Source: Alphaproteobacteria bacterium (GTDB lineage: Bacteria; Pseudomonadota; Alphaproteobacteria; RF32; CAG-239). From it: a DNA stretch of 55,571 nucleotides. The notes under the pieces were generated by a model that saw only the letters and a list, made by a program, of their open reading frames with translations, did no database searches and had not been told where the DNA came from. Shown here piece after piece: positions 18,738-29,714 of this stretch; positions within the stretch are counted from its first letter, which is position 1; each line of letters starts with the position of its first letter. The position numbers were made by a program, and so were the translations under genes. The stretch is taken from assembly GCA_045630985.1 (NCBI GenBank), contig JAZQTW010000066.1:1-55571 (forward strand), read 5' to 3'.

Positions 18738-20381
18738 ATGTTTATTGATGTCAGAAATACTAAAAGAAAGGTGGTTGAGCTAGATGGTATATTAAAAAAG
18801 GCTCGTAATCAAGCAGGTAAAATTACTCCTGAAATAGCGGAAGCATTTTTGCATCTTTCGAATCATTTTGTGCATATGAAGTTAATTGCTAAAGGCATTT
18901 GTAATATTGATAATAAAGAAGAACGATTAGCTTTTAAGGATGTTGTAATCTCTATGGTAGAGAGACGTGTTCAGGTAGATTCAGTTATGGAAAAGTTGCG
19001 TGCTTTGGCTGTTGAAGGTGGGTATGAGAAGGAATTTGATGAAGCTAATAATAAAACCAAGTGGTTTGGAAAAGAAGTTTGTCGGAGAACTGTAGTTGAA
19101 AGTTATGGTTTGTTTGAAAAGGGTAAAAAAGAATTACAACCTCCGATATTATCTGGAGGTAGAAAACATCTTCACTATAACAATATTGATTATATTAGTT
19201 TTGGTGGACATAAATTTGACGTGCTGAGTTGCGGTTTTACCCCAGATGCTGAAATAAACCTTTTGGGAACGGAAGAAGTTTGTTTACAGGGGGTTAAAGC
19301 AATGCCTTTTAAATTTCCATTTAGTGATTGTGGTGTTATTGGGTTACACTATGTAGATCTTGATGGGGTGGAGAATGTTGAGTTTAAAGATAAAGCGGAA
19401 GTGAAGTTTGATAATGTTGAAAATATAAAGGATATTGATTTTAGTAAATGTTATACGCTTACTTTGAGTAATTGTGATTTGTGTAATGTAAAAGAGTTGA
19501 AGTTTGATAATGCTTGGAAGGTTGAGATAAATGGTTGTAATAACTTGCCTGAAGTGTTGGACTTTTCTAATGTTGATAATGTTGATTTAAGTAATACTGA
19601 TTTAAGCGGAGTTAAAGAGATTAAGTTTAAGGATGGGGCAAAAGTTGTTTTGGATAGTGCAACTAATTTCCCTGAATATTTAGATGTTTCTAAGTGTGCA
19701 AGTGCTACTTTTAATTTAGCTGATATGAGTGGAGTTAAAAATCTTAAGATAAAAGATGAGCAAAAGCTTGAGAGATTAAAAGCATTTCCGCAAAATATTG
19801 ACTGCGCTGAATGTGAAACTTTTTTTAGTATTGGGTTTGCGGATTTAAATAAAGTTAGAGAAATTAGTAATGTTGAGGGGATAAATTTGTATTTGTCTGA
19901 TAGTTATAATACGCCTGAAGTTGCAGATTTTTCTGATTTTGAAAAAGTGCATATGCAATATACCTGCCTTAATAAAGGAACTCAAGATTCATCTGAAAGT
20001 GATTATGTAAAAATTAAAGCTAAAGAATTGGTGATTAATGAATGTTATAAGTTTCCTAAAGTGTTAGATTTGAGCGAATGTGATAGTGTTACTATTGATA
20101 AAAGTCATTTAGGTGATATTGAGAATATTATCTTTAAGGAAGGGGCAGATATATTTATTTGGGTTTGTTATGGAATGCCAAAGAATATAGATGTTTCTAT
20201 GTGTGGTAATGTTAATTTTAGCTCATGCAGAATGAGTAATGTTGAAGAGATTAAATTTAAAGATGATGATCAATGTGGAGAGGCCTTTGAACATATTGAT
20301 GATTTTAAAGGTAAAAAAGTTATAGTAAATACTGGTAATTCGCAAAAAGTGGTTGCTTTGAATTCTTCTTTAGAATTCTAA
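18738..20381 (+). CDS. LRR-like solenoid protein, paralog 3
   Basis: GKITPEIA..SNHFVHMKLI..LRALAVEGGYEKEF; LPEVLDFSNVDNVDLSNTDLSGVKEIKFKDG repeats. Confidence 0.85.
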   Translation: MFIDVRNTKRKVVELDGILKKARNQAGKITPEIAEAFLHLSNHFVHMKLIAKGICNIDNKEERLAFKDVVISMVERRVQVDSVMEKLRALAVEGGYEKEFDEANNKTKWFGKEVCRRTVVESYGLFEKGKKELQPPILSGGRKHLHYNNIDYISFGGHKFDVLSCGFTPDAEINLLGTEEVCLQGVKAMPFKFPFSDCGVIGLHYVDLDGVENVEFKDKAEVKFDNVENIKDIDFSKCYTLTLSNCDLCNVKELKFDNAWKVEINGCNNLPEVLDFSNVDNVDLSNTDLSGVKEIKFKDGAKVVLDSATNFPEYLDVSKCASATFNLADMSGVKNLKIKDEQKLERLKAFPQNIDCAECETFFSIGFADLNKVREISNVEGINLYLSDSYNTPEVADFSDFEKVHMQYTCLNKGTQDSSESDYVKIKAKELVINECYKFPKVLDLSECDSVTIDKSHLGDIENIIFKEGADIFIWVCYGMPKNIDVSMCGNVNFSSCRMSNVEEIKFKDDDQCGEAFEHIDDFKGKKVIVNTGNSQKVVALNSSLEF

Positions 20382-20492
20382 GGTGAAAATATTAGCAAAA
20401 AAGTTAGCGCTAGTGCCTCGTGATGTTGCTGTGCCAGATGCTTGGCAGGCAGAAAGCATTAATGTTATTAAGAATATTGCAAGTAATCGCAT
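20370..20492 (-). CDS. Small lipoprotein (40 aa), not in the ORF track
   Basis: MRLLAIFLITLMLSACQASGTATSRGTSANFFANIFTLEF; GGAGG RBS 5 nt upstream; LSAC lipobox. Confidence 0.75.
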   Translation of the reverse strand: MRLLAIFLITLMLSACQASGTATSRGTSANFFANIFTLEF

Positions 20493-20706
20493 TAGAACCT
20501 CCGTTTGCTTTTGATTATAGTTTTTAAGTGTAAAAAAATGCTTAATTATATAATGAGGTATGTTGTTTTTTGTGGATGAAGTGGGGGTGGGGGTTGTAAA
20601 GTTGGTTGGAAATTGGCAAAATTGTTTTTCAGGTATTGCAGAAAAGAAATCATAACACTATATAAAATTAATCTAATGTAAGACTGTTGTTTGAATTGTA
20701 TTAATT

Positions 20707-23166
20707 ATGAAGGATGTTTGTAAGATGAGTTGTGCTAAAAGCCATGATGAGTTTGAAAATGATGTTTTAGATAATGAAAACAAAGGGGTTGAAAATACTG
20801 AGTATCCTGTGCTTGCACTTAGGGATATGGTGGTGTTTCCTGGTAATACTGCATCATTGTTTATTGGTCGTAGCATTTCTTTGAAGGCGGCGAATGCTGC
20901 GTATCAATTTAATACTCCTTTGCTTTTGTTAACTCAAAAAGAGGCAGATAAAGAGAATCCTAAAGAAGGTGATTTGTATGACGTGGGAACATTGGCTGTT
21001 ATTAAACGTTATGTTGTTATGCCAGATGGAACTCTTAATTTAGCAGTTGAAGGTACAAAGCGTGTTAAGATTAATAAGCTTAATATGTTTAAGGAATATT
21101 ATACTGCAACAGTTAATGATTTTGATATTAAAGATGATGGAGCCAGCGCAGAAGAAATTAATGCAATGATGGCTATTGTGATTGAGCAATTGAGAAATCA
21201 ATCACTTAATATGTCTAAGATGCCTAAGGAAGATTGGTTTGCATTAAATGCACCAACAGATGTTAAGCAGGTTTTGGTTGTTGTTAACGGTATGGTTGAG
21301 ATGAGCACTGCAGAGAAACAAGCATTGCTTAACTGTGAGACCGGTAAAGAGATTTTGGAAAAGTTGATTTCTAGCCTTAATATGCAAAAGGTTAAAGTTG
21401 AGCTTGAAACAACTATTAAAGATAATGTTCGTAAGCAAATGGAAAAGAACCAAAAAGAATATTATCTTAATGAGCAAATGAAGGCTATTCAAAAAGAGCT
21501 TAATACTATTGAAACTGGTGAAGCTGATGAGTTTGAGACTTATAATAAGAAAATTAAGGCTGCTAAAATGTCTAAAGAGGCTCAAGCTAAGGCCTTGCAT
21601 GAATTGAAGAAGCTTAAGTCTACAAGTTCTATGAGTCCTGAGTCTACAATTATTCGTAGCTATTTGGATTGGTTGGTTGATTTGCCATGGCATAAGAAAA
21701 CTCCAGCTATGACAGATTTGCAAAAAGCTATAGATATTTTGGATGAAGATCATTTTGGTTTGACTAAGGTTAAAGAGCGTATTGTTGAGTATTTGGCAGT
21801 GCAAGCTAGAGCTAAGAAGATGAGATCTCCAATTCTTTGTTTGGTTGGTGCTCCTGGTGTTGGTAAAACATCTTTAGGTCGTTCTATTGCCAGAGCTACT
21901 GGTCGTAAGTTTGTGAGAGCATCTTTGGGTGGTATGCGTGATGAAGCAGAAATTAGAGGTCATCGTAGAACTTATGTGGGTGCTATGCCGGGTAAAATTA
22001 TTCAAAGTATTAAAAAAGTTGGCGTTACTAACCCATTGTTTTTATTGGATGAGATTGATAAGCTTGGTTCTGATTGGAGAGGTGATCCTAGTTCTGCATT
22101 GTTAGAAGTTTTGGACCCAGAGCAAAACTCTACATTTAATGATCATTATTTAGATGTTGATTATGATTTGTCTAATGTGATGTTTGTTACTACCTCTAAC
22201 TCTTTGAATATGCCACGTCCATTATTGGATAGAATGGAGATTATTCATATTGATGGATATACTGAGCAAGAAAAGATTGAGATTTCTAAAAGACATTTAA
22301 TGCCAAAGGTTTTTGCTGAAAATTCTATTGAACCTCATGAGTTACAAATTACTGATGAAGCGATTAGAGATGTTATTCGTTATTATACTTCAGAATCTGG
22401 TGTGCGTAATTTAGAAAGAGAATTGGCTACTATTGCTCGTAAATCTGCAAAAGATATTTTGTTGAGTAAAAAGAAAACATCTCATATTGTGGTTGATGAG
22501 AAGAACCTAGAGAAATATTTAGGGGTTAAAAAATATCACTATGGTATTAAAGAAGAGAAGAATTTAGTTGGGGTTACAACTGGTCTTGCTTGGACTGAAG
22601 TTGGTGGTGATATGCTATTTATTGAGGCAGTTGATATGCCTGGTAAAGGTATTGTTAAACAAACTGGTAAGCTTGGTGATGTGATGAAGGAATCTATTGA
22701 TACTGCGTATTCTGTAGTTCGTTCACATGCGATAAGTTTGGGTATTAACCCTGAAGTGTTTGATAAAGTAGATATCCATGTGCATGTGCCAGAGGGTGCT
22801 ACTCCAAAGGATGGTCCTTCTGCTGGTATTACTATGTACACCACTTTGGTTTCTGTGCTTACAAAAATTCCTGTAAGAAACGATGTGGCTATGACTGGTG
22901 AAATTACATTACAGGGTAGGGTATTACCTATTGGCGGTTTGAAAGAAAAATTGTTATCTGCTTTAAGAGGTGGAATTAAGACAGTTGTTATCCCTAAGGG
23001 TAATGAAAAAGATTTGAGAGATTTGCCTCAAAATGTGCTAGAGAACTTAAAGATTGTTTTGGCTGATAATGTGACAGAAGTTTTAGAAGTGGCTTTAGAA
23101 TGTCCGATTAAACCATTGATTGAACATAAGACTTGTGAAACTACAGGTAAAAGAGCTGACGCTTAG
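20707..23166 (+). CDS. lon: ATP-dependent protease Lon
   Basis: GAPGVGKT, RRTYVGAMPG, LLDEIDK, PKDGPSAG catalytic Ser. Confidence 0.98.
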   Translation: MKDVCKMSCAKSHDEFENDVLDNENKGVENTEYPVLALRDMVVFPGNTASLFIGRSISLKAANAAYQFNTPLLLLTQKEADKENPKEGDLYDVGTLAVIKRYVVMPDGTLNLAVEGTKRVKINKLNMFKEYYTATVNDFDIKDDGASAEEINAMMAIVIEQLRNQSLNMSKMPKEDWFALNAPTDVKQVLVVVNGMVEMSTAEKQALLNCETGKEILEKLISSLNMQKVKVELETTIKDNVRKQMEKNQKEYYLNEQMKAIQKELNTIETGEADEFETYNKKIKAAKMSKEAQAKALHELKKLKSTSSMSPESTIIRSYLDWLVDLPWHKKTPAMTDLQKAIDILDEDHFGLTKVKERIVEYLAVQARAKKMRSPILCLVGAPGVGKTSLGRSIARATGRKFVRASLGGMRDEAEIRGHRRTYVGAMPGKIIQSIKKVGVTNPLFLLDEIDKLGSDWRGDPSSALLEVLDPEQNSTFNDHYLDVDYDLSNVMFVTTSNSLNMPRPLLDRMEIIHIDGYTEQEKIEISKRHLMPKVFAENSIEPHELQITDEAIRDVIRYYTSESGVRNLERELATIARKSAKDILLSKKKTSHIVVDEKNLEKYLGVKKYHYGIKEEKNLVGVTTGLAWTEVGGDMLFIEAVDMPGKGIVKQTGKLGDVMKESIDTAYSVVRSHAISLGINPEVFDKVDIHVHVPEGATPKDGPSAGITMYTTLVSVLTKIPVRNDVAMTGEITLQGRVLPIGGLKEKLLSALRGGIKTVVIPKGNEKDLRDLPQNVLENLKIVLADNVTEVLEVALECPIKPLIEHKTCETTGKRADA

Positions 23167-23188
23167 TTTAAGCCTATAAAAAAAAGAG

Positions 23189-23218
23189 AAAACCTCCCTT
23201 GATTTTAGGGAGGTTTTT
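23189..23218. terminator. Bidirectional terminator between lon and a convergent small ORF
   Basis: aaaacctccct-tgatttt-agggaggttttt. Confidence 0.85.
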
Positions 23219-23391
23219 CATTTTAGCTGATTGTATAATATCTCTAGTAAACAAATTATAGCGTAGAATATGCTTAGAATAATGAAAGCTATTACAACGA
23301 TGATTATAGAGATAATGCTAAAAGGTACGGTAATACATACAACAATAGCGATGAGTATTACCCAGACTAAGTTTATAATGAAATCTTTCAT
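23218..23391 (-). CDS. Small very hydrophobic membrane protein (57 aa), not in the ORF track
   Basis: MKDFIINLVWVILIAIVVCITVPFSIISIIIVVIAFIILSIFYAIICLLEILYNQLK; stop abuts the terminator; TTGACA upstream. Confidence 0.6.
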   Translation of the reverse strand: MKDFIINLVWVILIAIVVCITVPFSIISIIIVVIAFIILSIFYAIICLLEILYNQLK

Positions 23392-23545
23392 AATAATTTT
23401 AGAATAAGTGTAAATAATTTATTTTTATACATGATTTTTAATTACTAAAAGTTTGATTGTCAATAATTAAAGGGAAGGTTTAAGGATTTTATGCTTGACA
23501 GAGTAGTAGTGTTTGGGTATATTTTGCTTCTGAAAGGTATTTGAT

Positions 23546-24016
23546 ATGGCTAAAAAAGTTAAAAAATCAGATTTTATTGCTACTGGACAGATTGCTGTTA
23601 ATCGTCGAGCTACTTTTGACTATGCAATTGAAGAGACTTTTGTTGCAGGTATTGAACTGAAAGGAACAGAAGTTAAATCGTTGCGTCTTGGTAAGGCTAG
23701 CCTAACAGATACTTATGGTTCTATTGATAATGGTGAGCTGTTTATAGAGAACTTAAAAATTGAAGAATATGCTAATAAAGGGTATGAAAAGCACGACGCT
23801 AATCGTAAAAAGAAACTTCTTTTGACAAGACATGAAATTAATAAAATTATTGGTGCCATGTCTAAGAAGGGGTATTCTTTAATTGCTAAGCGTTTGTTTT
23901 TTGATAATAGAGGTAGAGCTAAATTAGAAGTTGGCATTGGTAAAGGTAAGAAACTCTATGATAAACGTGAAAGCATTAAAGAAAGAGAAGTAAGTCGCAA
24001 GATGCGCGAGTGGTAA
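23546..24016 (+). CDS. smpB: SsrA-binding protein SmpB
   Basis: NRRATFDY, AGIELKGTEVKSLR, KGKKLYDKRE. Confidence 0.97.
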   Translation: MAKKVKKSDFIATGQIAVNRRATFDYAIEETFVAGIELKGTEVKSLRLGKASLTDTYGSIDNGELFIENLKIEEYANKGYEKHDANRKKKLLLTRHEINKIIGAMSKKGYSLIAKRLFFDNRGRAKLEVGIGKGKKLYDKRESIKEREVSRKMREW

Positions 24017-24276
24017 TTTTATTTGTTTTTTCTAGCTTAAATTTTTTTATTTTTTGTACAAAAAATACTTGATTTTGTATAAGTATTGTGTTATTCTCGG
24101 CACGCAAAAATGAATTATTGTACCCTTTTTAGTATATTTATGCTTATTATCATGGGGCACAACTCAGTTACTTTTTATTCCAAACTATGCAAATATCTAC
24201 ATAATTGGTAGGTTTTGCAATGGTTTTTTATATATTAAAAATAAGTGAAATTTAATAACATAATTCAAAATTAATT

Positions 24277-27200
24277 ATGAAGAATCTAGTAAAAAGAGTG
24301 GGGAGTGCGTTAGGACGTACTTACTCGATGGTGATTATGGTGCTAGGTATTATGCTTGGTACTATGCTACACACTAGTTGTGTTGAGGAGGTTTATGTTC
24401 CACCTGTAGATGTTCCTGCAGATACGGTAGAGGTTATTATTGACCGCTTCCAGAAGATGGAAAAAATTCTCAATGTCACAACAAGTGTGAAAGATACGTT
24501 GGTAAAGAGCGAGGCAGTGTTTATTCAGGACTCTTATCTTAAAGATGAACCTTCTGAGATTAATCTCAATTTTAACCCTGAAGCTTATGTTAATATCAGT
24601 TTGGCTGAAAAGCGTATTGATGTTGCAACATTAGAAGAGATTCCGGTTGAAGTTACTAAGTCTTATATCAAGTCGCAGACACCTTTTGCTGAAGGTAATA
24701 TGCTTGGTAAAGATGTAGTTAAGGTTTTTGAGTTTTCTGATGGACAGGTGGCTACGGTTTCTTATGGTGAGAGGTATTATGCTATTATCAACGATGGTGA
24801 TACTTTAGCTGTTCCTCATACAGTAATTAACGATGTTGTTTTTATTGACCATGAGCTAGAGCTTTATGGTGAGCACACAGAGTTAGAAAAGCCGTATAAG
24901 TTGCCTCTTATTTTTAATGTGTTGTCTTGTAATAAAGGTACAACAAATGAAGATAAGTGCTATTCGCTTGAGGTGAAGCCTTGGTATCTTAAGGTTATTA
25001 CAATTGAGCCAACAGTAGTTGAAGATGTTGATTACAAAGGAGCTTATGTTGGTTGTCCGTATGAAGAGTATCGCTTGACTGAAACTATTACTACAAACAA
25101 GGGTGTTGAGGTAAACGAGTATAGTGTACCTGTTTCTTTTGTGTTGAAGTATCCAAGTGAGCGTGAACAACCGTCTAGAGATAGCTTGTTTAAGGCTAAA
25201 TCTGTAGGTAAACTCAATATTGAACAGATTTCTGAAACGAAAAATAAGGATGGTTTTGTGTTAACAACACATACCGGAACTTATGTTTCTACAAATACTG
25301 GAACAGAAAATAGAACTTCTGTATCTAGCTCTGTTGTGGTTACGGCTCAGTATCCTGTAAGATTTGAGAACGAGTATGGTAAGTTTGATATACCAGAACC
25401 AGTGATTTCTTTTGAAGAGCTTGGCTTTGATGTGGTACGAGTATCAGATGATGAAACTAGTATTAAGTTTAAGTCAGTTAATTCAATTGTTGGAAAAATC
25501 GATAAGTGTACTTTAACTCCTGTTGATGAGGTGGTTAATCTGATTTTACCAAAGGAGAAAGACCCTGATGTTGTTAGGATTGATTCTACTTACACAAAGA
25601 CAGGTGGTGGTGATGAGTACATTATTCGAAAGAGTGTCATTTGGAATGATGGTAGTAAAGATAACTTTACTTATACCTACAAGGGAAGGCATTCATTTAA
25701 GGCAGTTGATTTTGGTGAAAAGATTACTTCTTCTCTTGCTTGGAATGATGAAGAGTTAAAGAGTGTATCTGCTACAAAAACTGCTGATAAGGAGGCTTTT
25801 TCTGATGAGACTTGGTTTGAGGCTGTTTATACGACTACGACTTTAGAGGCAAAAGCTAGCAATGGTACAGATACTGGAACTTTTGGATTTATAAAAGAGG
25901 TTCCTGTTGTAACTTTTGTTGATGGTGATGTAACGCTTGTTTTTGATGAGCGTCAATTTGCTATTGAAGATAAAGGTGCTGATGTTTCTAGTGCTGCAAG
26001 AACCGTCATTAGAGATGCTATTACTTACAATGCATATGAATATGATTATGTTTTGAAGGTTGGCTTTGATGGTGGCGAGAAAGTTGATGTTGTATCTGAT
26101 GGTTTGCTTCTTGTTGATGCTGATGAAGTTGGAGATGTTGTCTATGACTATTCAAAGTATTGGGATGGTAATACAGTAACGGTTAAAGTTACTAAGAGAA
26201 TTCCGCATACACACAAGGATGACGAATACTTTGAGTGGTCTAAGGACTTTACTGTTAGTATGAGTAAAATGACAGATGGTGTTGTTTATGCTGATAATAC
26301 TAATTTCAAGGCAAAGGAGACTAAGTCAGAAGATAGCTCGGTAAGTTATGATAATCATTGGACAGTTACTACTTATGAGCGTGATTTTACATATGAGGTT
26401 TCTAATGGCGTTGTAAAACGTGAAGACGACCTTAAGACAACAATTAAAGATGCTGAAATTGCCTTTGATAATGGTGAATTTAGTCATACTTTTGATGTTC
26501 GTTTTGATGTAAGTTATGCTGAGAAGTTTGGTAATACGTACAGAAATGGTTATTATGATGTTACACCTCATACACTAACAGTTACAGGTACTACAGATGA
26601 TGGAAAGAGCTTATCTGTTTCTGGTAAAACAGAGATTTATGTAAGACGAGCTCCAGAAGTTACTGGTCATACAGAAAAGACTGTTGTTTATGAAGATGGT
26701 ACTGTTGATGCTTTTGTTACTATAACTAAGGATGATGGTAGTTCAACAACCTTTAAGGCTAGTGATACATTTGGTTCAAGGTTTGCATTTAACTTTACTA
26801 ATACCACCGCTAAGGAAAAGGTTGTAAGTAATGTAAATCATACGGCAACAAGTTCTGTAGGTAATGCGACAACTTCTATACACACTATGGGTGATTGGGT
26901 GGTTACGGAATATCGTTATCCATACAATCATAAACTTAGTAATGGTGTAACTAGCGAGGAGGTTAACTCTGAGTATGGTTATAGCAATTTTGAATTTGTT
27001 TATAACGGTAATGGTTTGAGCAATGTAAAAATTCCTATGCCAACTGTTCAGATGAGTAATAAATCGCTTAATATCACTGATAAGGGATTGTCGAATGATT
27101 ACTATAACTATGATGCAAAGGTTGTAGTTAATGGTTATGCTAAAGGTACTGAAGGTTCTTGTTCTAAGGACTTGAGTGTTACTCATATCTTAAAGATTGA

Positions 27201-27681
27201 GAATAATGAACCTGATGGGCCACACTTTGGTAAGCCACTCAACTTTATTGTTACAGCATCGTTTGACCCAACATCTAAGGTGACACGACGTGCGTTTGTG
27301 TTTAACTGGGAAGAAGGTGTAACGTATGCAATCTGTGATTATGAGACAATGTTGCCTACAAGAAAAGACTTCTATTATAAGGAGGATACATATAAAGAGT
27401 ATAACTCTGTATCTTATGTTAAGAAGTCAGGTTCTTGGACGCCAGTACCGGCTAGAGCTGTTGAGGAGACTGATATGATTGGTTATTACGACAGTGCAAA
27501 CAATTTGTTACCTAGTATCACATATGGAGAGTGTATGTATTATGGCTGGAAGAATATGGTGAATGGCAAGTATGCATTAGTTATTGATGGATACAGCTAT
27601 ACCATTAACGGTTATGAGATTACGGTTACAGCTCCAAATGGTGAGACAGTTACATTTGATAGCCAATACGAAGTGAAGTAA
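24277..27681 (+). CDS. Large beta-rich lipoprotein with degenerate ~180-aa modules
   Basis: Signal peptide ending LHTS-C; repeated WxVTxYxxxxxxxxSNG-type segments; Thr/Val/Tyr-rich. Confidence 0.8.
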   Translation: MKNLVKRVGSALGRTYSMVIMVLGIMLGTMLHTSCVEEVYVPPVDVPADTVEVIIDRFQKMEKILNVTTSVKDTLVKSEAVFIQDSYLKDEPSEINLNFNPEAYVNISLAEKRIDVATLEEIPVEVTKSYIKSQTPFAEGNMLGKDVVKVFEFSDGQVATVSYGERYYAIINDGDTLAVPHTVINDVVFIDHELELYGEHTELEKPYKLPLIFNVLSCNKGTTNEDKCYSLEVKPWYLKVITIEPTVVEDVDYKGAYVGCPYEEYRLTETITTNKGVEVNEYSVPVSFVLKYPSEREQPSRDSLFKAKSVGKLNIEQISETKNKDGFVLTTHTGTYVSTNTGTENRTSVSSSVVVTAQYPVRFENEYGKFDIPEPVISFEELGFDVVRVSDDETSIKFKSVNSIVGKIDKCTLTPVDEVVNLILPKEKDPDVVRIDSTYTKTGGGDEYIIRKSVIWNDGSKDNFTYTYKGRHSFKAVDFGEKITSSLAWNDEELKSVSATKTADKEAFSDETWFEAVYTTTTLEAKASNGTDTGTFGFIKEVPVVTFVDGDVTLVFDERQFAIEDKGADVSSAARTVIRDAITYNAYEYDYVLKVGFDGGEKVDVVSDGLLLVDADEVGDVVYDYSKYWDGNTVTVKVTKRIPHTHKDDEYFEWSKDFTVSMSKMTDGVVYADNTNFKAKETKSEDSSVSYDNHWTVTTYERDFTYEVSNGVVKREDDLKTTIKDAEIAFDNGEFSHTFDVRFDVSYAEKFGNTYRNGYYDVTPHTLTVTGTTDDGKSLSVSGKTEIYVRRAPEVTGHTEKTVVYEDGTVDAFVTITKDDGSSTTFKASDTFGSRFAFNFTNTTAKEKVVSNVNHTATSSVGNATTSIHTMGDWVVTEYRYPYNHKLSNGVTSEEVNSEYGYSNFEFVYNGNGLSNVKIPMPTVQMSNKSLNITDKGLSNDYYNYDAKVVVNGYAKGTEGSCSKDLSVTHILKIENNEPDGPHFGKPLNFIVTASFDPTSKVTRRAFVFNWEEGVTYAICDYETMLPTRKDFYYKEDTYKEYNSVSYVKKSGSWTPVPARAVEETDMIGYYDSANNLLPSITYGECMYYGWKNMVNGKYALVIDGYSYTINGYEITVTAPNGETVTFDSQYEVK

Positions 27682-27697
27682 CGTTCTAGTTCTAATT

Positions 27698-27723
27698 AAG
27701 CCCCCGATTTTGGGGGCTTTTTT
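27698..27723. terminator. Terminator between the lipoprotein gene and uvrB
   Basis: aagcccccga-tt-ttgggggctttttt. Confidence 0.8.
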
Positions 27724-27728
27724 ATGTT

Positions 27729-29714
27729 CTATTCTATGGTTAAGCGTATTTTTTCTAGTTCTTTTATTTTGTCTCGGCAAATCATTGCTTTTTCAAATTC
27801 TAAATCGCCGGCGTATTCTTTCATTTCTTTAGTTAATCGTTTTATTTCTTTGTCTATGTCTTTGTAATTTGTATCAAGTTTTGTAGATGATGGTTTAGCG
27901 TCATCAGTTTCGGTCATGGTGAGTAGGGTGTTTGATATACTTTTTTTGATAGTTTGAGGGGTTATATTGTGTGCTAGGTTGTATTCAAATTGTTTTTGGC
28001 GACGACGATTTGTTTCATCTAAAGCGTATTTGATAGAATCTGTTAATTTATCAGCATATAATACTACACGACCTTCAGCATTACGGGCGGCGCGTCCGAT
28101 GGTTTGGATTAGAGAACGTGTTGAACGTAAGAAACCTTCTTTATCGGCATCTAAGATGGCAACAAGTGAGCATTCAGGAATATCTAGACCTTCACGTAGT
28201 AAGTTGATACCGACTAAAACATCAAATAGGCCTTGTCTTAGGTCTCGTATAATTTCTATACGCTCAAGGGTATCTATATCTGAGTGTAGATAACGTACTT
28301 TTATGCCATTTTCGTGTAGGTATTCAGTTAATTGTTCTGCCATTTTTTTAGTTAGGGTGGTTACGAGAGCTCGCTCTCCTTTGGCTATTACTTTGCGACA
28401 TTCTTCCATTAGGTCATCAACTTGGTTTTCTACTGGTTTTACAACACATATAGGATCCATTAGTCCAGTTGGGCGAATGATTTGTTCTGCAAATACGCCT
28501 TGGCTTTGTTCTAGTTCCCAATCTCCTGGAGTTGCTGAAACAAATATTGTTGGGGCTCTAAATTTATCCCATTCTTCAAACTTTAGTGGACGGTTATCTA
28601 CACAAGATGGTAGGCGAAAACCATAATCTGCTAATGTAGATTTACGATTACGGTCACCACGATACATCCCCCCAATTTGAGGAACTGAAATGTGGCTTTC
28701 ATCTATGAATAATAATGCATCTTTAGGGAAGTATTCAAATAGTGTTGGCGGTGGTTCTCCGGGGGCACGTCCTGTTAGATAACGTGAGTAATTTTCTATA
28801 CCTTTACAATGGCCAGTTGTTTCCATCATTTCTAAGTCAAAGCGTGTGCGTTGCTCTAATCTTTGGGCTTCAACAAGCTTGTTTTGAGATTTTAGTTCAT
28901 CTAAGCGGATATCTAAATCTTCTTTGATATGTGTCATCGCTTGAGAGAGAGCTGGGCGTGGAGTTACATAGTGATTGGCTGGGTATACTGTAACGGCTTC
29001 TAAGTCTGCTGTTTTTTTGCCAGTTAGGACATCGAATTCGGTTATTTTTTCTACTTCATCACCAAAGAATGAAATACGCCATCCTCTATCTTCATAGTGG
29101 GCGGGAAAGATATCCAGTGTATCACCTTTAACTCTAAAAGTAGAGCGGACAAAGTTTGCTTGATTGCGTTCATACTGTAGTGAGGCTAGGTTTTTATGTA
29201 ATTCTTTTTGTTCTATACAGTCGCCTTTTTGAATATGGAAAGCCATTGATGAGTATGATTCCATACTTCCTAGACCGTATATGCAAGAAACTGATGCAAC
29301 GATTATTACATCTTTTTCTTCTAATACATTACGGGTTGCACCATGGCGCATGCGGTCTATTTGTTCGTTTATTGAGGAATCTTTTTCTATATAAGTATCT
29401 GTTTTGGGGATGTAAGCTTCAGGTTGGTAGTAATCGTAATAAGAAACAAAGTATTCTACGTGATTGTTTGGGAAAAATTCTTTCATCTCAGCATAGAGTT
29501 GGGCGGCAAGTATTTTGTTGGGAGCCATGATTAGGGTTGGCTTTTTCATTTCTTCAATGATTTTTGCCATAGTAAAGGTTTTACCACTTCCGGTAACGCC
29601 GAGTAATACTTGGTTTTTTAGTCCTTGTCTAAGTCCATTGCATAATTGCTTTATGGCTTCTGGCTGATCGCCAGATGGCTCAAATGGGCTTACTACCTGA
29701 AATTCTCTTTTCAT
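27729..29714 (-). CDS. uvrB: Excinuclease ABC subunit B
   Basis: [36 protein letters not shown]-terminal UVR domain. Confidence 0.98.
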   Translation of the reverse strand: MKREFQVVSPFEPSGDQPEAIKQLCNGLRQGLKNQVLLGVTGSGKTFTMAKIIEEMKKPTLIMAPNKILAAQLYAEMKEFFPNNHVEYFVSYYDYYQPEAYIPKTDTYIEKDSSINEQIDRMRHGATRNVLEEKDVIIVASVSCIYGLGSMESYSSMAFHIQKGDCIEQKELHKNLASLQYERNQANFVRSTFRVKGDTLDIFPAHYEDRGWRISFFGDEVEKITEFDVLTGKKTADLEAVTVYPANHYVTPRPALSQAMTHIKEDLDIRLDELKSQNKLVEAQRLEQRTRFDLEMMETTGHCKGIENYSRYLTGRAPGEPPPTLFEYFPKDALLFIDESHISVPQIGGMYRGDRNRKSTLADYGFRLPSCVDNRPLKFEEWDKFRAPTIFVSATPGDWELEQSQGVFAEQIIRPTGLMDPICVVKPVENQVDDLMEECRKVIAKGERALVTTLTKKMAEQLTEYLHENGIKVRYLHSDIDTLERIEIIRDLRQGLFDVLVGINLLREGLDIPECSLVAILDADKEGFLRSTRSLIQTIGRAARNAEGRVVLYADKLTDSIKYALDETNRRRQKQFEYNLAHNITPQTIKKSISNTLLTMTETDDAKPSSTKLDTNYKDIDKEIKRLTKEMKEYAGDLEFEKAMICRDKIKELEKIRLTIE

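Noticed and set aside
21244-21804. Long antisense or alternate-frame ORFs (e.g. 21244-21804, 38286-38825, 27967-28626, 37016-37423)
   Set aside because: They lie fully inside well-supported genes, have no RBS or motifs, and are explained by codon bias.
24017-24276. tmRNA gene next to smpB
   Set aside because: Very AT-rich, with no tRNA-like acceptor or T-arm and no tag reading frame recognised.
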